Assembly: GCA_965207885.1 (NCBI GenBank)
Contig: OZ242311.1
Coordinates: forward strand, 4,032,001-4,096,000
From: Candidatus Latescibacterota bacterium
GTDB lineage: Bacteria; Latescibacterota; UBA2968
Length of the DNA stretch: 64,000 bases
Direction of reading: 5' to 3'
Shown here piece by piece: positions 59,032 to 64,000 of this stretch (position 1 is its first letter; each line of letters starts with the position of its first letter). Under the pieces are notes generated by a model, which was not told the DNA's origin, ran no database searches, and saw only the letters and a list, made by a program, of their open reading frames with translations. The position numbers and the translations under genes are program-made.

Positions 59032-61396
59032 GTATTTTTTGCAAATCACGCTGCAATCGCCGCTGACCTCTGCCGCAGGTGAGGGACGTGTGGGCGTGGT
59101 TGACCGTGACATAGCTTTTGATGACCTCGGGCTACCTATTCTCCCCGGCAGGCGACTCAAAGGGCTGTGGCGCGAAGCCTATCGCGATGTCGCCGATGCG
59201 TGGGCTTTATACGGTGAATCTTCAATACCGGTAGAGCATATTTTCGGCGAGTCAGGACAGGGAGATGCTTGCATGTTTGTTGCCAATGCTGAATTGCAAG
59301 AGGCGTCTTCTTTAAGAGAATGGTTGAGATATTTACAACATGATAAAAAATTTCACCTTGACGATGTTGTGGAGCACTTTGCCTCTGTGCGTGCCCAGAC
59401 CGCGATTGACCGCAGGACTGGCGCAGCACTTGATAATACGCTCCGTCTCACCCGTACCTTGAAAGCAGATCTGGTATTTCGAGCGCGTGTGCGCTTCTTT
59501 GAGGCTCCAGATGATGAGTTGCTCAGTGCCCTATCTCTGGGATCCGCGGCTTTGCAACACATGGGAACAGCGCGGACCCGCGGTCTCGGCAAGGTCCGTT
59601 GTCGTTTGCTTGTACGCGATGCGAGTGGGCAATGCCGGGACTTGACAGACGAAGTCCTGAGCAAAAATGCGCTTCCTTCAATTACCCAAACGGCCTCCAA
59701 TCAACCAGCCCAAACCTCAAAGGCTCATGTGACTTCCTCATCTCGTTCAACTTGTACGGTCCCCACCCACATATTGCGCTATCGGATTGTGTTGACAGCA
59801 CCAGCAGTTATCCCAACAGTAGATGGCGACCCGAATACTGTTGTGACCCGGAGAGATATTCCCGGAAGCAATATCTGGGGGGCTGCTGCCTATCGTTACC
59901 TGAGCCAAGCGAATCATACGCCTGAAGATGGTGCGTTTCGCCACGCCTTTCTCGATGGGGGCTTGCGATTCTTGGCGGCTTACCCAGAAGCAGATGATCC
60001 CGAAGTGTACAATGGAATGCCTCAACGCCTGATTCCCATTCCCCACTCAATACGCAAATTTAAGGAAGGCGAAGAACTGATAGATTTTGTGGAATCATCA
60101 CCAGGGGAGGATCCAATAAAGCGTCTTGATCGTCGATACGCTATCATTAGTGGAGTCAGTTTGAAAACACAAGCTGTCAAGACGGAATTGAATTACCATC
60201 ACGCCCGCGCCAGAGATCGTCGCATAGGTCGTGCTCTTGGTGCAATGGTTCCAGATGGCGGTGCCTTCTTCACGTATGAGGCCATCGAGGCTGGACAGTC
60301 GTTTCAAGGGGCTATCCTGGGTTCCAAGGATGATCTAAAAGCTCTGCAATCCTATTTAAAAGGGGGGCAGATAAGAATAGGACGGTCGCGTAGCGCACAG
60401 TACGGTGAGGCGGAATTTGAATGGATTGATGGTGCCCCAAAGGAATTGAGCAGGTTTGTTGAGTGGGATGGATTCGTTGAACAGCAGCCCGCCAGTGTCC
60501 CAAATTCTGGTGCGTGTCTTATCATCACCACCTTATCGCCCTTGTTGACCGTCAACGATTATGGGCATCCGGAGGCGCGCTTTCCCGAGCGTGAGTTGGC
60601 TAACGCTCTGGGGCTGGAGACTTCGGATCTCAGACTATCGCGCAGTTATACCCGCACAGATTTGATTGGTGGATATAATTCCCACCTGCGCCTCCCGCGT
60701 CAGCAATGGCCCGCTATCGCCTCTGGTAGTGTTTTTGTGTTTAAGGCTGAAAAAACACTTGATCAGGAACGTCTCTTGCAATTAGAACACAATGGCCTGG
60801 GGTTACGGAAAGGAGAAGGGTATGGTCGCATTGCTGTCAATCGACAGGGTAGCCTCGGTTTGTCAGGCTGCGAAGAAACCCAACTCGACAATCTCGATAG
60901 GCTACCCGATTCGCCAAACTCAGCGATGCCACAGAGTGTCCATGATCTGATATATGGCGTCGTGAGATCGCGTTGCCTAACTGAGATGCAGCAGCGTGCT
61001 ATAACTATCGCCAGGTCGAACGATAATATCCCAAAAAATGCCCTTCTTGGACGGATGCGTTTGTTTCTTCAACAGAACTCACGCGACGAAAGTTTGAGAC
61101 AACTACGTGATCCTGCAAAGGACCAACTAACGAAATATCAGATTGACATGAGTGGTTTCGGTATAACGGATGATTGGTCGCCGCAAATGACGATGTATGA
61201 ATTGTTCAAGAAGGCCTGGACAGAACCGGAGTCTCTAACGCGACAAATGATTGAAAGTCATGTCCATGAGGATATTGTCGAAGATGCCGACATGCGCCAG
61301 ACTCTAATTAACAAACTGGTTGCAGACGATAGCGCGGAGATGTGTACAGTGTTTCTCGATCACCTGCTTACAGCACTGCGCCGTAAATCAAAATAG
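59024..61396 (+). CDS. Cas7-Cas5(Csx10)-Cas11 fusion
   Basis: N-terminal RAMP LPGRRLKGL..GTARTRGLG; Csx10 IPGS.IWG, IGRSRSAQYG, GLGLRKGEGYG; helical C-terminal domain (Cas11 call is inference). Confidence 0.85.
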   Translation: MTEYFLQITLQSPLTSAAGEGRVGVVDRDIAFDDLGLPILPGRRLKGLWREAYRDVADAWALYGESSIPVEHIFGESGQGDACMFVANAELQEASSLREWLRYLQHDKKFHLDDVVEHFASVRAQTAIDRRTGAALDNTLRLTRTLKADLVFRARVRFFEAPDDELLSALSLGSAALQHMGTARTRGLGKVRCRLLVRDASGQCRDLTDEVLSKNALPSITQTASNQPAQTSKAHVTSSSRSTCTVPTHILRYRIVLTAPAVIPTVDGDPNTVVTRRDIPGSNIWGAAAYRYLSQANHTPEDGAFRHAFLDGGLRFLAAYPEADDPEVYNGMPQRLIPIPHSIRKFKEGEELIDFVESSPGEDPIKRLDRRYAIISGVSLKTQAVKTELNYHHARARDRRIGRALGAMVPDGGAFFTYEAIEAGQSFQGAILGSKDDLKALQSYLKGGQIRIGRSRSAQYGEAEFEWIDGAPKELSRFVEWDGFVEQQPASVPNSGACLIITTLSPLLTVNDYGHPEARFPERELANALGLETSDLRLSRSYTRTDLIGGYNSHLRLPRQQWPAIASGSVFVFKAEKTLDQERLLQLEHNGLGLRKGEGYGRIAVNRQGSLGLSGCEETQLDNLDRLPDSPNSAMPQSVHDLIYGVVRSRCLTEMQQRAITIARSNDNIPKNALLGRMRLFLQQNSRDESLRQLRDPAKDQLTKYQIDMSGFGITDDWSPQMTMYELFKKAWTEPESLTRQMIESHVHEDIVEDADMRQTLINKLVADDSAEMCTVFLDHLLTALRRKSK

Positions 61397-61415
61397 CAAA
61401 ATAAGGACGAATAGC

Positions 61416-62870
61416 ATGGCGAATACTAAGACCTCCAAGATTAAAGACACCATTGTGCGTCGTTTATATGCGCGAGGGAAGTGGAAGCTGGACAGTGTGG
61501 CGCACTTTGGTGGAGATGAAACAGGTATAGCAGATATGTGTCTCCTGCGGGATGCGGAAGGAAAACCCTTTATTCCAGCCGCATCTATCGCTGGCGTAGC
61601 GCGGAGTTTTCTGGCCCGGGTGAGTAAGCCCTGGACGAAATACCAAAAGGGGGATGAGGGCAAAATACTCAAACAGCTTTTTGGCGGAGCGGGCGAAAAG
61701 GATACTATGAGTGCCTTAATTGTTGCCGATGCTGCTTGCAAAAATTCCCAAACGTCAATCCGCGATGGCGTGCGCGTGGATACTCAATCGGGTTCTGCCG
61801 CTGAGGGGACAAAGTTCGATGTGGAAGTTGTCGAGCGCGGGGCTGAGTTTGAGTTGCGTCTGGAGTGCGTTATCCGTGATGGAGACGATAGCCAAGGATT
61901 GGAGAAGTTATTTTTAGCCCTCTTACATGGATTCAAAGCAGGTGAGATCCGATTGGGCGCACGTACCCGTCGGGGCTATGGACGCGGCAAGGTAGCGTCC
62001 TGGAAAATACGCGATTTGAAGATGAACGATCCAGAGGATGTTATGGCCTGGCTACGCGATAAGGTCTGTTCTCGTCCCGCGAGTGATTTGACACCATGTC
62101 CTTTGCCATCTGATCAACGACAATACTTCCGCCTTGAAGCAGATTTTATTCTGCGGACGTCTCTGTTAATCCGCAGTTCACCTTCTGATCCAAAATCTCC
62201 AGACATGGTTCATCTGCACTCTGCTGGAGAGCCTGTTGTTCCCGGTACATCCTTTGCCGGTGCATTTCGACATCGCGCATCCCTGATCGCAAGTACCATT
62301 GGCTGGCCTGAGGATTCGGTGAGTGAAATATTCGGCCCTGTGCATGAACAAGATGTCAAAGACCCACAAAAAGATTTGTGGGCAAGTCGGGTATGGATTG
62401 AGGAAAAGCTGGTGAAGAATGTGGAATCGCGGTGGCAGGATCGCGTTGCTATTGATCGGTTTACCGGAGGTAGTTTGCAGAGTGCCTTGTTTAACGAAAA
62501 ACCCATTTTCCCACAGAAATCTACGCCACATCTCAAGTTAAAACTGACGTTAGAAGAACCGGATGATGCGGAAATCGGCTTGTTGTTCTTAACTTTGCGC
62601 GACTTCTGGAATGGACATGCCGCTCTGGGCGGAGAAACGAGCAATGGTCGCGGTACTCTCCAGGGTTTTAAAGCTGAGTTGCAATTGAAGCGGCGCAAAT
62701 CGTCAAAGGCTGAGTGGGAGTTTTCGCAGTATAATAGCGGTATGACTCTTGTTGGGTGTAGTGGTGATGCTTCATTCTTCGAATGTTGCGTACAAAAAGC
62801 CCAATCGCCTTCTAAACATCCCGATGGATCACGGCGGCCTAAAAAAGAAAAGGTGACCACCGATGACTAA
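61416..62870 (+). CDS. cas7: Double-RAMP Cas7-Cas7 fusion
   Basis: IPAASIAG..LGARTRRGYG and VPGTSFAGAFR..AIDRFTGG..LGGETSNGRG. Confidence 0.88.
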   Translation: MANTKTSKIKDTIVRRLYARGKWKLDSVAHFGGDETGIADMCLLRDAEGKPFIPAASIAGVARSFLARVSKPWTKYQKGDEGKILKQLFGGAGEKDTMSALIVADAACKNSQTSIRDGVRVDTQSGSAAEGTKFDVEVVERGAEFELRLECVIRDGDDSQGLEKLFLALLHGFKAGEIRLGARTRRGYGRGKVASWKIRDLKMNDPEDVMAWLRDKVCSRPASDLTPCPLPSDQRQYFRLEADFILRTSLLIRSSPSDPKSPDMVHLHSAGEPVVPGTSFAGAFRHRASLIASTIGWPEDSVSEIFGPVHEQDVKDPQKDLWASRVWIEEKLVKNVESRWQDRVAIDRFTGGSLQSALFNEKPIFPQKSTPHLKLKLTLEEPDDAEIGLLFLTLRDFWNGHAALGGETSNGRGTLQGFKAELQLKRRKSSKAEWEFSQYNSGMTLVGCSGDASFFECCVQKAQSPSKHPDGSRRPKKEKVTTDD

Positions 62871-63414
62871 AGAAACACACAAAAAACTCGATGAAAAATT
62901 GGTTTGTTCAAATCTGTCTAATGTAACAGAGAAGGACACGGCGTGGGTCTTATTGCAGGAGCCGGGGTTTATCGGCTTTGGCGTGGTGCAGTCGGACAAA
63001 ATCTGCTGGCCTCCAGATGTGCAACCGGATTGGACTCGGGTTAGCGATCTCCGCCTATTTGGTGAAAAAGGTGAATGGCATGTATGGTCTCACTGGAACG
63101 AAGGTTGGCAAAGCCGTTGGCTGAAAGCGGAGGACATAGACGATGCCCTGACAGAGTGTCACGCACTCTGGGGAACAGATTTTCAATCCGGTACACCCCC
63201 TTGGGTAAAGTTGATGGAAGATCGCGGAATAGAGATATGGCTACCATTAGTAAATTTGGAATGTCGTCATCTACCGCTACGCCTAAAACTTAAACAGGTG
63301 ATTGGCTATGATGATAAAAGCGGCCTTGCAGGTATTACCGATGCTGCTCTTGTGGCACTGGTTAGCAAAGATGGTAAAACAGTGTGGGATCCACCTGATT
63401 TTCCGCTGGACTGA
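62863..63414 (+). CDS. csx19: Csx19-like type III-D subunit
   Basis: LRLFGEKGEWHVW, LWGT, EDRG..I.LP; position after cas7x2 with an 8-nt overlap. Confidence 0.8.
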   Translation: MTKETHKKLDEKLVCSNLSNVTEKDTAWVLLQEPGFIGFGVVQSDKICWPPDVQPDWTRVSDLRLFGEKGEWHVWSHWNEGWQSRWLKAEDIDDALTECHALWGTDFQSGTPPWVKLMEDRGIEIWLPLVNLECRHLPLRLKLKQVIGYDDKSGLAGITDAALVALVSKDGKTVWDPPDFPLD

Positions 63415-63476
63415 GAACCTGTTAGAAAGGACTGCATAACTATGCCCCAAAACCACGAAACAATATTCAGTCTCAT

Positions 63477-63499
63477 ACCTGCCGCTGGGCAGGTTTTTT
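63477..63499 (+). terminator. Intrinsic terminator ending the cas operon
   Basis: ACCTGCC-gctg-GGCAGGT followed by TTTTT. Confidence 0.7.
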
Positions 63500-63640
63500 G
63501 TATCCAATTGGAATCTTCCTATAAGCTGTTTTAGAACTCATTCTGATCTCTTACGAAAGCGATCTGGACTCCTACGTTCGCAGGAGATTCCTTAGTTTAC
63601 CCTTTAAATTGATGCGGATGGGGGGGATAAAGGGTGCCTT

Positions 63641-63673
63641 TTATCTGTGTTTATCGGTGTGAAACGCTCAAAT
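63641..63673 (-). repeat. Dispersed small repeat element, copy 2
   Basis: Reverse complement is 27/33 identical to 33870-33902. Confidence 0.55.
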
Positions 63674-63803
63674 TACTCGCGTTTCTTCTGTGGTTGCTTT
63701 GGGTTTTAAAACGCGTTCTTATGCGGATGCTTTTCGGGCTTTTCAGGTAAGGCGTAGTATGAAGATTGCGGGTATGCCGTATAATTTTTAACAGGAGGTT
63801 CGG

Positions 63804-63980
63804 ATGCTGGAAATACCAGGCGTGTCGGAAAGCGTAAATTCAATTGTCTCGGTTATTGTCATCGTAGTGTTGGCTTTTTTGGTTTTAAAATTTTTGGGCA
63901 AGGTAGGCAAGTTTCTTGTGATCGTATTTTTTATCCTTGTAGCCTTGTACTTTTTATTTCCTGCTCTGACCGCTCAATAA
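63804..63980 (+). CDS. Small two-TM membrane protein (58 aa)
   Basis: AGGAGG RBS; MLEIPGVSESVNSIVSVIVIVVLAFLVLKFLGKVGKFLVIVFFILVALYFLFPALTAQ. Confidence 0.6.
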   Translation: MLEIPGVSESVNSIVSVIVIVVLAFLVLKFLGKVGKFLVIVFFILVALYFLFPALTAQ

Positions 63981-64000
63981 AAACGTCGGAAAATACTGAG

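Noticed and set aside
63426-63535. Short ORF (MPQNHET...) after csx19 as a remnant of the relocated cas7
   Set aside because: An RBS and ATG are present, but there is no recognisable similarity and the ORF runs through the terminator.
1-64000. tRNA, rRNA, transposase or integrase genes
   Set aside because: None recognised in the intergenic regions or the ORF track.

Overview
A 64-kb bacterial chromosome window. Its gene content (GWxTD, DUF6785-type membrane, sulfatase, WD40/EF-hand and DUF1592 proteins) suggests a Latescibacterota/Gemmatimonadota-like, possibly sponge-associated lineage; this is inference only. It has three zones. (1) 0.1-9.1 kb: a type I R-M defence locus with hsdM and hsdS but no hsdR in view, carrying an inserted TIR gene, a HEPN-like DUF4209 gene, an orphan FitA-like antitoxin and a truncated DUF2806 gene. 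(2) 9.1-46.5 kb: metabolic and secreted-protein genes, including an ECF-sigma operon, a sugar/sulfatase/2-oxoacid dehydrogenase cluster, a sigma54 activator with a consensus -24/-12 promoter, and a 16-repeat WD40 protein. (3) 46.6-63.4 kb: an unusual type III-D (III-Dv/D2-like) CRISPR-Cas locus in the order cas6, TPR-primase-polymerase (CAPP), cas1, cas2, leader, 3-repeat mini-array, group II intron-type RT/HNH ORF, CARF-HEPN effector, cold-shock-domain-fused Cas7, Can2/Card1-like nuclease, cas10, cas7-cas5-cas11, cas7x2, csx19. The RT starts about 22 nt after the last repeat and has no recognisable intron RNA, and both spacers begin with the same 9 nt. The best candidate for a new system is this CAPP + intron-less RT + tagged mini-array adaptation module. 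All calls are by eye from motifs; no database searches were run.
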